Positions 10,124 to 19,278 of a stretch of 64,000 nt of DNA are shown in pieces. Positions within the stretch are counted from its first letter, which is position 1. Each line of letters opens with the position of its first letter. The position numbers and the translations under genes are program-made. The DNA comes from Escherichia phage LH2, in sequence record OQ378934.1; one strand, 5' to 3'. The notes under the pieces were generated by a model. That model saw only the letters and a program-made list of their open reading frames with translations. It had not been told where the DNA came from and did not search any database.

Positions 10124-11551
10124 GTGGTAGAAATTATTCTTTCTCATCTCATATTTGATCAAGCTTATTTTTCAAAAGTTTGGCCATATATGGATTCAGA
10201 ATATTTTGAAAGTGGTCCAGCTAAAAATACATTCAAATTAATTAAATCTCATGTCAATGAGTACCATAGCGTTCCATCTATTAATGCGTTAAATGTTGCG
10301 TTAGAAAATAGTTCATTTACTGAAACAGAATATTCTGGTGTAAAAACACTTATTTCGAAACTAACCGATTCTCCAGAAGACCACAGCTGGTTAGTAAAAG
10401 AAACAGAAAAATATGTTCAGCAAAGGGCGATGTTTAATGCTACGTCTAAAATAATTGAAATTCAAACTAATGCTGAGCTTCCTCCGGAAAAACGAAATAA
10501 GAAAATGCCAGATGTAGGTGCTATTCCTGACATCATGCGCCAAGCATTATCAATTTCATTTGATAGTTACGTTGGTCATGATTGGATGGATGACTACGAA
10601 GCACGTTGGCTATCTTATATGAATAAAGCTCGTAAGGTTCCATTTAAACTCAAAATTCTAAATAAAATTACTAAAGGCGGAGCTGAAACTGGAACACTGA
10701 ACGTTTTAATGGCTGGTGTTAACGTCGGTAAGTCATTAGGTCTGTGTTCATTGGCAGCAGATTATTTGCAGCTCGGACATAATGTTCTTTACATTTCCAT
10801 GGAAATGGCTGAAGAAGTTTGTGCTAAACGTATTGACGCTAATATGCTTGATGTTTCTCTTGATGACATTGATGATGGGCATATTTCTTACGCTGAATAT
10901 AAAGGAAAAATGGAAAAATGGCGTGAGAAATCTACTCTTGGTCGTTTAATCGTTAAACAGTATCCTACTGGTGGAGCAGATGCTAACACATTCAGGTCTC
11001 TCTTGAATGAATTGAAGCTCAAGAAGAATTTTGTTCCAACAATCATTATTGTCGACTATCTAGGTATTTGTAAATCTTGCCGCATTAGAGTTTATTCAGA
11101 AAATAGTTACACAACTGTTAAAGCTATTGCAGAAGAATTGCGTGCTCTGGCTGTTGAAACCGAAACTGTTCTTTGGACTGCAGCACAGGTTGGTAAACAA
11201 GCTTGGGATTCTTCTGATGTTAACATGAGTGATATCGCAGAATCTGCCGGTCTTCCAGCAACAGCTGATTTTATGCTTGCGGTCATTGAAACCGAGGAGC
11301 TAGCAGCTGCTGAACAACAACTCATTAAGCAAATCAAATCACGATATGGTGATAAGAATAAATGGAATAAGTTTTTGATGGGTGTTCAAAAAGGAAATCA
11401 GAAATGGGTAGAAATTGAACAAGATTCTACTCCAACTGAAGTGAACGAAGTAGCAGGTTCACAACAGATTCAGGCTGAACAGAATCGCTATCAAAGAAAT
11501 GAATCTACTCGAGCCCAGTTAGATGCTTTGGCAAATGAATTAAAATTTTAG
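10124..11551 (+). CDS. 41: replicative DNA helicase gp41 (DnaB-like)
   Basis: GTG start as in T4; 475 aa; Walker A GVNVGKS; recognised as T4 gp41. Confidence 0.95.
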   Translation: MVEIILSHLIFDQAYFSKVWPYMDSEYFESGPAKNTFKLIKSHVNEYHSVPSINALNVALENSSFTETEYSGVKTLISKLTDSPEDHSWLVKETEKYVQQRAMFNATSKIIEIQTNAELPPEKRNKKMPDVGAIPDIMRQALSISFDSYVGHDWMDDYEARWLSYMNKARKVPFKLKILNKITKGGAETGTLNVLMAGVNVGKSLGLCSLAADYLQLGHNVLYISMEMAEEVCAKRIDANMLDVSLDDIDDGHISYAEYKGKMEKWREKSTLGRLIVKQYPTGGADANTFRSLLNELKLKKNFVPTIIIVDYLGICKSCRIRVYSENSYTTVKAIAEELRALAVETETVLWTAAQVGKQAWDSSDVNMSDIAESAGLPATADFMLAVIETEELAAAEQQLIKQIKSRYGDKNKWNKFLMGVQKGNQKWVEIEQDSTPTEVNEVAGSQQIQAEQNRYQRNESTRAQLDALANELKF

Positions 11552-11609
11552 TTTACAAGCTGACAAGACTATGGTATAGTAGTCTTGTTGGTTAAATGAG
11601 GAGATCGTT

Positions 11610-11792
11610 ATGGAATTGGTAAAGGTAGTTTTTATGGGGTGGTTTAAGAATGAAAGCATGTTTACTAAAGAAATCACAATGATGAAAGATGACGTTCAAT
11701 GGGCTACTACTCAATATGCTGAAGTTAATAAAGCATTAGTTAAAGCTTTCATTGATGACAAGAAAGTATGTGAAGTGGATTGCCGAGGATAA
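11610..11792 (+). CDS. dmd: Dmd, antitoxin against host RnlA/LsoA
   Basis: 60 aa ORF immediately after gene 41, as T4 61.5 (dmd). Confidence 0.8.
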   Translation: MELVKVVFMGWFKNESMFTKEITMMKDDVQWATTQYAEVNKALVKAFIDDKKVCEVDCRG

Positions 11793-11793
11793 T

Positions 11794-12051
11794 ATGCATA
11801 TTGTTTTATTTAAACCTACTCCGTATAACGTCAGGAAAAATACTCAATTCAAAGCACTTATTGCAGATACGTGGGAATTGGTGCTAGATATTCCAGCAGA
11901 AGAAAGTCCTCCATTTGGTCGAGTGGAATTTATTAAGTTTGCTGTGCGCCCTACGAAGCGACAGATTCGTCAATGCAAAAGATACTTTCGTAAAATCGTC
12001 AAGTTAGAGAAACAGTTTGTAACATGTGATTATGCAGAAGTTTTAAAATAA
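11794..12051 (+). CDS. hypothetical protein (T4 61.4 position)
   Basis: ATG 11794 right after dmd stop; 85 aa. Confidence 0.5.
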   Translation: MHIVLFKPTPYNVRKNTQFKALIADTWELVLDIPAEESPPFGRVEFIKFAVRPTKRQIRQCKRYFRKIVKLEKQFVTCDYAEVLK

Positions 12052-12109
12052 GTGTTTACTTTTGTTGAAAATTGAGATACTATAAACATAAACTACTGAG
12101 GAGATTATC

Positions 12110-12403
12110 ATGAAAAAATTTGTTTTTGCTGCAATTTTTGCTTTGACTTCTTGTGCTGCTCAGCCTGCTATGGCAGGTTATGATAAAGATTTGTGTGAAT
12201 GGTCTATGACAGCAGATCAGACTGAGGTTGAAACTCAGATTGAAGCAGATATTATGAATATCGTTGAGCGTGATCGCCCTGAAATGAAAGCTGAAGTACA
12301 AAAACAGCTTAAGTCTGGTGGTGTAATGCAGTATAATTACGTTCTGTATTGTGATAAAAACTTCAATAATAAAAATATCATCGCTGAAGTGGTAGGTGAA
12401 TAA
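12110..12403 (+). CDS. sp: spackle periplasmic protein Sp
   Basis: 97 aa with signal peptide MKKFVFAAIFALTSCAAQPAMA; matches T4 sp length and position. Confidence 0.8.
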   Translation: MKKFVFAAIFALTSCAAQPAMAGYDKDLCEWSMTADQTEVETQIEADIMNIVERDRPEMKAEVQKQLKSGGVMQYNYVLYCDKNFNNKNIIAEVVGE

Positions 12404-12415
12404 TTAGAGGTTAAT

Positions 12416-12772
12416 ATGTATAGTTCTGAATTTCCATATTTAAAAATGGAAAAAATTTCATACGATTTTATAGATGAAAAGGTTTATTACAGTTTTCATG
12501 AGCCGCGTTTTAACAGTGAAGTCGGTTTTATTGTAGTAAAAGACAATTTCATTTTAAAGATATATTCGGCATTAAAGGATTTTCACTACGAAAATATTAA
12601 CCTAAAATTTGATAAAGAAAACGTTCGTAATTGCGCAGTAACAATTACAGGAAATAAAGGTACATGCGTTATGCTATCTGATGAAATTAATGATTTGCTA
12701 AATGATGCCGAAAAGGTTGTTATTCCATCGATTGATGACCAAATTTTTAATGCTTTTATGAATAGAGGTTAA
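12416..12772 (+). CDS. hypothetical protein (T4 61.2 position)
   Basis: 118 aa ORF. Confidence 0.55.
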   Translation: MYSSEFPYLKMEKISYDFIDEKVYYSFHEPRFNSEVGFIVVKDNFILKIYSALKDFHYENINLKFDKENVRNCAVTITGNKGTCVMLSDEINDLLNDAEKVVIPSIDDQIFNAFMNRG

Positions 12773-12773
12773 T

Positions 12774-12938
12774 ATGAAAACATATAAAGAATTTATCAAA
12801 GAAGATATGGTCGCTGGAGATTCAGGTGGTAGTCCTGAAAATATCTCTACTGGAACAACATCAGGCGCTGTAGTAAATAAAGGCCCTGAACAGATTCCTA
12901 AAAAGAAAAAAGAGGAATCTAAAGAAAAAGAAGAGTAA
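12774..12938 (+). CDS. hypothetical small protein (T4 61.1 position)
   Basis: 54 aa; ATG 2 nt after previous stop; lysine/glutamate-rich C-terminus; ends just before gene 61 ATG. Confidence 0.45.
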   Translation: MKTYKEFIKEDMVAGDSGGSPENISTGTTSGAVVNKGPEQIPKKKKEESKEKEE

Positions 12939-12940
12939 AA

Positions 12941-13969
12941 ATGTCATCAATACCTTGGATTGATAATGAGTTTGCATACCGTGCATTAGCTCATTTACCT
13001 AAATTCACACAAGTAAATAATAGTTCAACTTTTAAATTGCGGTTTAGATGTCCTGTTTGTGGAGATTCAAAAACCGACCAAAATAAAGCCCGTGGATGGT
13101 ATTATGGTGATAATAATGAAGGAAATATTCATTGTTATAACTGTAACTATCATGCACCAATCGGAATATATCTAAAGGAGTTTGAACCTGATTTATATCG
13201 TGAGTATATCTTTGAAATAAGAAAAGAAAAAGGTAAAAGTCGTCCAGTAGAAAAACCTAAAGAACTTCCTAAACAACCTGAGAAGAAAATAATTAAATCT
13301 CTTCCGTCATGTGTTAGATTAGATAAACTGGCGGAAGGCCATCCAATTATAAAATATGTAAAAGCTCGCTGTATTCCAAAGGATAAATGGAAATATCTTT
13401 GGTTTACAACCGAATGGCCTAAATTAGTTAATAGCATAGCACCAGGAACATATAAAAAGGAAATACCTGAGCCTCGTCTTGTTATTCCAATTTATAATGC
13501 TAATGGAAAAGCTGAGTCTTTTCAAGGACGCGCATTAAAGAAAGATGCTCCTCAAAAATATATTACCATCAAAGCTTATCCTGAGGCAACAAAAATCTAT
13601 GGTGTTGAACGGGTTAAAGATGGTGATGTATATGTTCTAGAAGGACCTATAGATTCACTTTTTATTGAAAATGGTATAGCTATTACAGGTGGTCAATTAG
13701 ACCTAGAAATTGTTCCATTTAAAGATAGACGTGTATGGGTTTTAGATAATGAACCTCGTCATCCTGACACTATTAAACGAATGACTAAATTAGTTGATGC
13801 AGGAGAAAGGGTTATGTTTTGGGACAAATCTCCCTGGAAATCAAAAGATGTTAATGATATGATTAGAAAGGAAGGTGCAACCCCTGAGCAAATTATGGAA
13901 TATATGAAAAATAATATTGCGCAGGGGTTGATGGCTAAAATGCGGCTATCTAAATATGCTAAGATTTAA
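12941..13969 (+). CDS. 61: DNA primase gp61
   Basis: 342 aa; zinc ribbon CPVCGDS...CYNC at N-terminus; recognised as T4 gp61. Confidence 0.93.
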   Translation: MSSIPWIDNEFAYRALAHLPKFTQVNNSSTFKLRFRCPVCGDSKTDQNKARGWYYGDNNEGNIHCYNCNYHAPIGIYLKEFEPDLYREYIFEIRKEKGKSRPVEKPKELPKQPEKKIIKSLPSCVRLDKLAEGHPIIKYVKARCIPKDKWKYLWFTTEWPKLVNSIAPGTYKKEIPEPRLVIPIYNANGKAESFQGRALKKDAPQKYITIKAYPEATKIYGVERVKDGDVYVLEGPIDSLFIENGIAITGGQLDLEIVPFKDRRVWVLDNEPRHPDTIKRMTKLVDAGERVMFWDKSPWKSKDVNDMIRKEGATPEQIMEYMKNNIAQGLMAKMRLSKYAKI

Positions 13970-14166
13970 ATTAACCCAACTAAAGCAAATGCTAAATCTA
14001 CGAATGTATCAAGAGTAATTACTGGAATACTAACGCCATGAGCAATAGCAACTGGCGATAAAACAAAATTCCAAAGTAAAATTCCTATCATAGCAGAAAT
14101 AGTAAAAGCTATACGTTTTTTATTACCTTTGATGGCATTAACAAGTGCCATTAATTTTTGTACCAT
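13966..14166 (-). CDS. small membrane protein (66 aa), antisense to early genes
   Basis: Strong SD aggagg 4 nt upstream of ATG on minus strand; two hydrophobic segments; 3' end overlaps gene 61 stop convergently. Confidence 0.5.
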   Translation of the reverse strand: MVQKLMALVNAIKGNKKRIAFTISAMIGILLWNFVLSPVAIAHGVSIPVITLDTFVDLAFALVGLI

Positions 14167-14236
14167 ATGTCCTCCTTATTGCTTTATATATTTATTGTAT
14201 AATTAATCTACTAACCAATGAATTGAAAGGATATAT

Positions 14237-14887
14237 GTGAATTACCAAAAAATTTACTCGGCTTTAATTACAAAAGCTAAATGCCGGCATCTTGGCGGAT
14301 ATAAAGAACGCCATCATATAATTCCTAGATGTATAGGAGGAGCAGATGACAAAAACAATCTTGTTGAGTTAACTGCGCGTGAGCATTTTATAGCTCATAG
14401 ATTATTAACTAAAATATATCCAGATGTGAGAGGATTGCATTATGCTGTAAATTTAATGCGATATAATAAAGGTGTTAAATTAACAAGTAGATTAATAGAA
14501 ACTCTTAAAATCCAAAACTCTGTTCTTTTCTCGGGTGAAAATAATCCTAGATATGGCAAGCCGTCATGGATTAAAGGCAAAAAGACCCCAGAAGAAACTA
14601 AAGCCAAAATGCGTCTAGCTCATAAAGGTAAAATTATATCCGATGAAGCCAAGGCTAATATGAGTAAAGCCCGAAAAGGAAGATTTAGCGGTAAAAATTC
14701 GCCTCGATACGGTTTACCAAATCCTAGGCGAGGAGAAATATGGAATAGTTATGATGCGCTTTATGAATTATGGGTTTATAATAATAGACCTAAGCGCACA
14801 AAATTTAATAAAATAGCTGTCAAGGCAGGTTATCCTAATATCTGCTATAGACATATGATAGAAAACTTCATAAGAAAGGAAAAATAA
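14237..14887 (+). CDS. HNH homing endonuclease (mob-like)
   Basis: GTG start with aaagga RBS; HNH core ERHHIIPRCIGGADDKNNLVELTAREH; NUMOD-like repeats; paralogue of the 27738 HNH ORF. Confidence 0.75.
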   Translation: MNYQKIYSALITKAKCRHLGGYKERHHIIPRCIGGADDKNNLVELTAREHFIAHRLLTKIYPDVRGLHYAVNLMRYNKGVKLTSRLIETLKIQNSVLFSGENNPRYGKPSWIKGKKTPEETKAKMRLAHKGKIISDEAKANMSKARKGRFSGKNSPRYGLPNPRRGEIWNSYDALYELWVYNNRPKRTKFNKIAVKAGYPNICYRHMIENFIRKEK

Positions 14888-14888
14888 C

Positions 14889-15407
14889 ATGCCACATTTC
14901 AACGAATGTAGTCATCTGATCGAAGGCGCTGATAAAGCTCAAAATGAATACTGGGATATTCTCGGTGATGAAAAAGACCCGCTGCAGGTTATGCTTGATA
15001 TGCAGAAATCTTTGCAGGTTCGTTTAGCTAAAGATAAACCTGAATATAACCGTCATCCTGATGATTTGGCTACTGCAGGTGAAGTTGTTGATTGGCTGCG
15101 TAATCAGAAAGATTATATTGACGATGAATTCCGTGAACTTCTAACTTCTCTTGGCGGTATGAGCAATGGCGAAAAAGATGCATCTGCTGTATGGAAGCCT
15201 TGGAAGTCACAGCATGGTGAACGCCGTGAAACTCTAATTACTGATTTGTCTCCACAAGACCAGTTGGAAATTAAATTCGAAATGATTGATATTCTTCATT
15301 TCGTTCTGAACATGTTCCAAGGTCTCGGCCTTACTGCTGAAGAAATCTTTAAACTTTATTATCTGAAGAATGCTGAAAACTTCGCTCGTCAAGACCGAGG
15401 TTATTAA
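14889..15407 (+). CDS. 56: dCTPase/dUTPase gp56 (MazG-like)
   Basis: 172 aa; recognised as T4 gp56. Confidence 0.88.
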   Translation: MPHFNECSHLIEGADKAQNEYWDILGDEKDPLQVMLDMQKSLQVRLAKDKPEYNRHPDDLATAGEVVDWLRNQKDYIDDEFRELLTSLGGMSNGEKDASAVWKPWKSQHGERRETLITDLSPQDQLEIKFEMIDILHFVLNMFQGLGLTAEEIFKLYYLKNAENFARQDRGY

Positions 15408-15451
15408 TAGCTCGTTTATTTAAACGACGACTTAAAAGCCGCGAGAATTAT

Positions 15452-15459
15452 TATAAATA
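15452..15459 (+). promoter_or_regulatory. T4-type late promoter TATAAATA upstream of soc
   Basis: Exact TATAAATA about 30 nt upstream of soc ATG. Confidence 0.55.
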
Positions 15460-15489
15460 ATCATGTAATTTAAATAAAAGGAGAATTAC

Positions 15490-15735
15490 ATGGCTAGTAC
15501 TCGCGGTTATGTTAACATCAAAACATTTGAGCAGAAATTAGATGGAAATAAGAAAATTGAAGGAAAGGAAATTTCTGTAGCTTTCCCTCTTTATTCTGAC
15601 GTTCACAAAATTTCTGGCGCTCATTACCAGACATTCCCTTCAGAAAAAGCAGCATATACTACTGTATATGAAGAAAATCAACGTGATGCATGGATTGCTG
15701 CAAACGAAGATTTGTGGAAAGTAACTGGTGAATAA
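15490..15735 (+). CDS. soc: small outer capsid protein Soc
   Basis: 81 aa; MASTRGYVNIKTFEQ... recognised as T4 Soc. Confidence 0.9.
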   Translation: MASTRGYVNIKTFEQKLDGNKKIEGKEISVAFPLYSDVHKISGAHYQTFPSEKAAYTTVYEENQRDAWIAANEDLWKVTGE

Positions 15736-15740
15736 ATTCA

Positions 15741-15766
15741 AGGACTCCTTCGGGAGTCCTTTTTTC
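15741..15766 (+). terminator. rho-independent terminator after soc
   Basis: aggactcc-ttcg-ggagtcct then tttttc. Confidence 0.7.
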
Positions 15767-15775
15767 ATTTTACCG

Positions 15776-15805
15776 GTTTACTTTCCAAAATGAGTATGGT
15801 ATAAT
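15776..15805 (+). promoter_or_regulatory. early sigma70-type promoter
   Basis: gtttac at 15776-15781, tggtataat at 15797-15805. Confidence 0.55.
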
Positions 15806-15831
15806 AGAATTATCTTATAGAGGAGAACACT

Positions 15832-16044
15832 ATGTTAAATCGTTGGATTAAACCAAATGAAGACCTCCAGAAGGTTCTTGATAAAGCTATCTCTGATAAA
15901 TGGGGTATGAAAAGCTGGGATTGTGATATCGTCACGCATTCATTCATGATGCATGCAGATGGTTCAGTCGAGTTCAATGCTGAAATGCGATATACTGACT
16001 GGGGTGGATTTCAAAGAGTCGAATTTCAAAGAGGATTTTTGTGA
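15832..16044 (+). CDS. hypothetical protein
   Basis: 70 aa ORF downstream of early promoter. Confidence 0.5.
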   Translation: MLNRWIKPNEDLQKVLDKAISDKWGMKSWDCDIVTHSFMMHADGSVEFNAEMRYTDWGGFQRVEFQRGFL

Positions 16045-16385
16045 TGTTTATCTTTAATTGGTTTAAAAATTTCTTTACGGATTTTTTCTTTACAGCTCCT
16101 GGAGAAGGTGTAGTTCCTATTTCAAATGACTACCTTCCTTTAACTGTAGTTGAATATGTTTATATGGGAGATGGAACAGTAGAAGCGGTTACTATGACTT
16201 ATGAAGAAGCCCAGGAATATTATAAAAATCCTTGGCGCTGGTCAACACCTACTGCATCATCTAATACGCAGAATACACAATCTAGTTCTGATTCATATGA
16301 CACTAATGTTCCTGTTCATGTATGGACGGGCGATTCGTGTGGAAGTTCTTGTGATTCTAGTTGTTCATCTACATCTTGTGATTGA
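16041..16385 (+). CDS. hypothetical protein with Cys/Ser-rich C-terminal tail
   Basis: 114 aa; hydrophobic N-terminus, C-terminal [19 protein letters not shown]. Confidence 0.5.
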   Translation: MMFIFNWFKNFFTDFFFTAPGEGVVPISNDYLPLTVVEYVYMGDGTVEAVTMTYEEAQEYYKNPWRWSTPTASSNTQNTQSSSDSYDTNVPVHVWTGDSCGSSCDSSCSSTSCD

Positions 16386-16393
16386 GGAAAATT

Positions 16394-16879
16394 ATGGAAG
16401 CGATTTTGTTTGAAATGTATATTAATAGCGATAGCATGTCGTTTGCTAAAGATGTTCCAATTACAGTAGCAGTAATGATTGATAAGGGTTATTGTGACCC
16501 AATGTATCTCGTAGAAAATTTCGTTTCAATGCCAGTTCCAGAAGATGCTGAAATAAAACTTAAAAAGATTGGTATTATTGAAACTGTACCAAATATTCCG
16601 TTTAGAGCAATTGAAGCATTTACTAAATCCGAATACATTAATGTTAGCGCAGAACAATATAATGATAAGCCTTTATCTTTCTATTCATATGATTCAATAT
16701 ATGACTGGAAAGTAGATAAGGGAAATAAATTTATAATTGTGAGTGAAGATGCTTTATCATACTTTATTTCTTCTGTATGGAATAGTTTACATCCAAATTT
16801 GCTAAAAATTCATGAATTTGATGATGCTCCTACTGTTGTTTTAGGTAAAACAAATGAAAGTTCTGAAGAAAATGTTTGA
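16394..16879 (+). CDS. mrh: Mrh-like protein (modulator of host rpoH phenotype)
   Basis: ATG 16394; 161 aa; position relative to soc and modB as in T4. Confidence 0.55.
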   Translation: MEAILFEMYINSDSMSFAKDVPITVAVMIDKGYCDPMYLVENFVSMPVPEDAEIKLKKIGIIETVPNIPFRAIEAFTKSEYINVSAEQYNDKPLSFYSYDSIYDWKVDKGNKFIIVSEDALSYFISSVWNSLHPNLLKIHEFDDAPTVVLGKTNESSEENV

Positions 16880-17057
16880 ATGGTTCAATAGACCAAACTC
16901 AATGTACATTGATGATGGTTGGGTTGAACAGGCAAATAAAGAAATGCAGAACGAATCAGAAGAATGGATGAAATCAATGATTAGCATTGAGAAAGAAAAG
17001 AAATTAGAACGCTCAGCGCTTAAATTGATGAGAGACATCTATGGGGATAAATCATGA
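16854..17057 (+). CDS. hypothetical protein
   Basis: 67 aa ORF overlapping neighbours. Confidence 0.4.
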   Translation: MKVLKKMFEWFNRPNSMYIDDGWVEQANKEMQNESEEWMKSMISIEKEKKLERSALKLMRDIYGDKS

Positions 17058-17218
17058 ACAGAGATATGACGTTAGAAGAGGCTAAAGCTAAAGCAAATGA
17101 AGCACTGGATTTGCTTCTTAAAATTGGCAGTAAAATGATGGAAGAAAATGAGAAACATATCCAGGAAAACAAAATTCCTGACGGCCCATTAGTAGGCAAG
17201 AGGAAATCGCATGATTGA
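17054..17218 (+). CDS. hypothetical small protein
   Basis: 54 aa; ATG overlaps upstream stop; below ORF-track cutoff. Confidence 0.3.
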   Translation: MNRDMTLEEAKAKANEALDLLLKIGSKMMEENEKHIQENKIPDGPLVGKRKSHD

Positions 17219-17681
17219 AGTAGCAAAACTATATTCAATAGAATTTATGTCTAAAGAAGGTAAATCAGTAAATACACTTGATAAAGAGTGCTCATTAATT
17301 ATTCCTTTAGCAGAAAATCCGGATATTTTAATTAAAGATATAAAAGAAAGAAAATATCCAGAAAATGTTATTCTAATTATAAAGCATACTGAAGATATTT
17401 TGCAGAATACTGATTCACCATTTTCTTCTTCTGAAGCTTTAACTATTAAAGGCTATAAAAGAGCTCATGAATATGGTCTTTTTGACCTGTTTGAAGACGA
17501 TAAAGTTAAATTAGCGAGTCAACCTTCTAAAAGTAAAACATTCATTATTGAAGATATTAAAGATATAAATGCATTTGTTAAGATGGTCTGGGCTCATTTT
17601 GATGTTGGACTGCGCTGGAGAATGTCCGAAGAAGAAAGAAAAATTATTGAAGCTAATCGTTATTTTGGTTTTTATCGCTAG
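17211..17681 (+). CDS. hypothetical protein
   Basis: 156 aa ORF. Confidence 0.5.
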   Translation: MIEVAKLYSIEFMSKEGKSVNTLDKECSLIIPLAENPDILIKDIKERKYPENVILIIKHTEDILQNTDSPFSSSEALTIKGYKRAHEYGLFDLFEDDKVKLASQPSKSKTFIIEDIKDINAFVKMVWAHFDVGLRWRMSEEERKIIEANRYFGFYR

Positions 17682-17689
17682 GAATTAAT

Positions 17690-17872
17690 ATGGATTTATT
17701 TGAGATGTTAGAAGATAATCATTCTACGAATATCCAGAATGATTCTAGTGATTATAAGAAAGAGTACCGTATAGTATTACAGAATTATGGAATTGAAGCC
17801 CCAGATGCTCTTCTAGAAGAACTAGCTTCATACCATCTTGACCCTCCGCCCTGGGCTCCCTGGGCAAAATAA
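17690..17872 (+). CDS. hypothetical small protein
   Basis: 60 aa ORF. Confidence 0.35.
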   Translation: MDLFEMLEDNHSTNIQNDSSDYKKEYRIVLQNYGIEAPDALLEELASYHLDPPPWAPWAK

Positions 17873-17939
17873 TTCAAAAAGTTGTTTACTTTCCTTTCTA
17901 ACGATGATATGATAGCTTCTGAAGTATATGGAGGCTATC

Positions 17940-18563
17940 ATGATTATTAATCCTGCAGATGTTGAACAGTTATCTATAAAAGCTGAAAGTGTCGATTTTC
18001 AATATGATATGTATAAAAAGGTCTGTGAAAAATTTACTGACTTTGAACAGTCAGTTCTTTGGCAATGTATGGAAGCCAAAAAGAATGAAGCTCTTCATCA
18101 GCAGTTGAATAAAATCGTTAAAAAGCATTTAACTGAATCACCTTATCAGTTATATCGTGGTATATCAAAATCGACAAAAGAACTCATTAAAGATTTACAA
18201 GTCGGAGAAGTGTTTTCAACGAACAGAGTAGATTCATTTACTACTAGTTTGCACACAGCATGTGGTTTTTCTTATGTTGAATATTCCACTGAAATAGTAC
18301 TTCGCTTAAAAACTGATAAAGCTTTTAATTACTCTGACCATATCAGCGATATTATACTTTCTTCTCCTAATACTGAATTTAAGTATACATATGAAGATAC
18401 TGATGGATTAGATTCAGAACGTACTGATAACTTAATGATGATTGTACGTGAACAAGAATGGATGATTCCAATTGGAAAGTATAAAATAACTTCTATTTCA
18501 AAAGAAAAATTACACGATTCATTTGGAACATTTAAAGTGTATGATATTGAGGTAGTTGAATGA
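17940..18563 (+). CDS. modB: ADP-ribosyltransferase ModB
   Basis: ATG 17940 after ggagg; 207 aa; R (YRG), S-x-S (FST) and E-x-E (EQEWMIP) ART motifs. Confidence 0.8.
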   Translation: MIINPADVEQLSIKAESVDFQYDMYKKVCEKFTDFEQSVLWQCMEAKKNEALHQQLNKIVKKHLTESPYQLYRGISKSTKELIKDLQVGEVFSTNRVDSFTTSLHTACGFSYVEYSTEIVLRLKTDKAFNYSDHISDIILSSPNTEFKYTYEDTDGLDSERTDNLMMIVREQEWMIPIGKYKITSISKEKLHDSFGTFKVYDIEVVE

Positions 18564-19162
18564 AATATTCAGCAATGCAATTAAAAGATTTTAAAATCAA
18601 ATCAATGGATGCATCGGTGCGTGCTTCTATTCGTGAAGAATTACTTTCTGAAGGATTTAATTTATCCGAAATTGAACTTTTAATTCATTGTATTACTAAT
18701 AAGCCAGACGATCATTCTTGGTTAAATGAAATAATCAAATCTCGTTTGGTTCCAAACGATAAACCTCTTTGGAGAGGTGTTCCAGTTGAGACTAAGCAGG
18801 TGTTAAATCAAGGAATTGATATTATTACATTTGATAAAGTAGTATCAGCTTCATATGATAAAAATATAGCTCTACATTTTGCTTCTGGTTTAGAGTATAA
18901 CACACAAGTTATTTTTGAATTCAAAGCTCCTATGGTATTTAATTTTCAGGAGTATGCTATAAAAGCTCTACGTTGTAAAGAATATAGTCCAAGTTTTAAA
19001 TTTCCAGATAGCCATCGCTATCGTAATATGGAATTAGTTTCAGATGAACAGGAAGTAATGATACCAGCTGGAAGTGTATTTAGAATTGCGGATAGATATG
19101 AATATAAAAAGTATTCAACATACACTATCTATACTCTTGATTTTGAAGGATTTAATCTATAA
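18560..19162 (+). CDS. modA: ADP-ribosyltransferase ModA
   Basis: 200 aa; R (LWRGV), SAS and EQEVMIP motifs; tandem paralogue of ModB. Confidence 0.8.
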   Translation: MKYSAMQLKDFKIKSMDASVRASIREELLSEGFNLSEIELLIHCITNKPDDHSWLNEIIKSRLVPNDKPLWRGVPVETKQVLNQGIDIITFDKVVSASYDKNIALHFASGLEYNTQVIFEFKAPMVFNFQEYAIKALRCKEYSPSFKFPDSHRYRNMELVSDEQEVMIPAGSVFRIADRYEYKKYSTYTIYTLDFEGFNL

Positions 19163-19278
19163 TGGAAGGACTTAGATTCATTATACCATGAAAGTTTTAA
19201 AGCATTTTTCATAAAGTTGTTTACAAGCTGAAGTAAAAATGTTATAGTATAAGTAGTTAACCCGTCCGTGAGAAAAAT

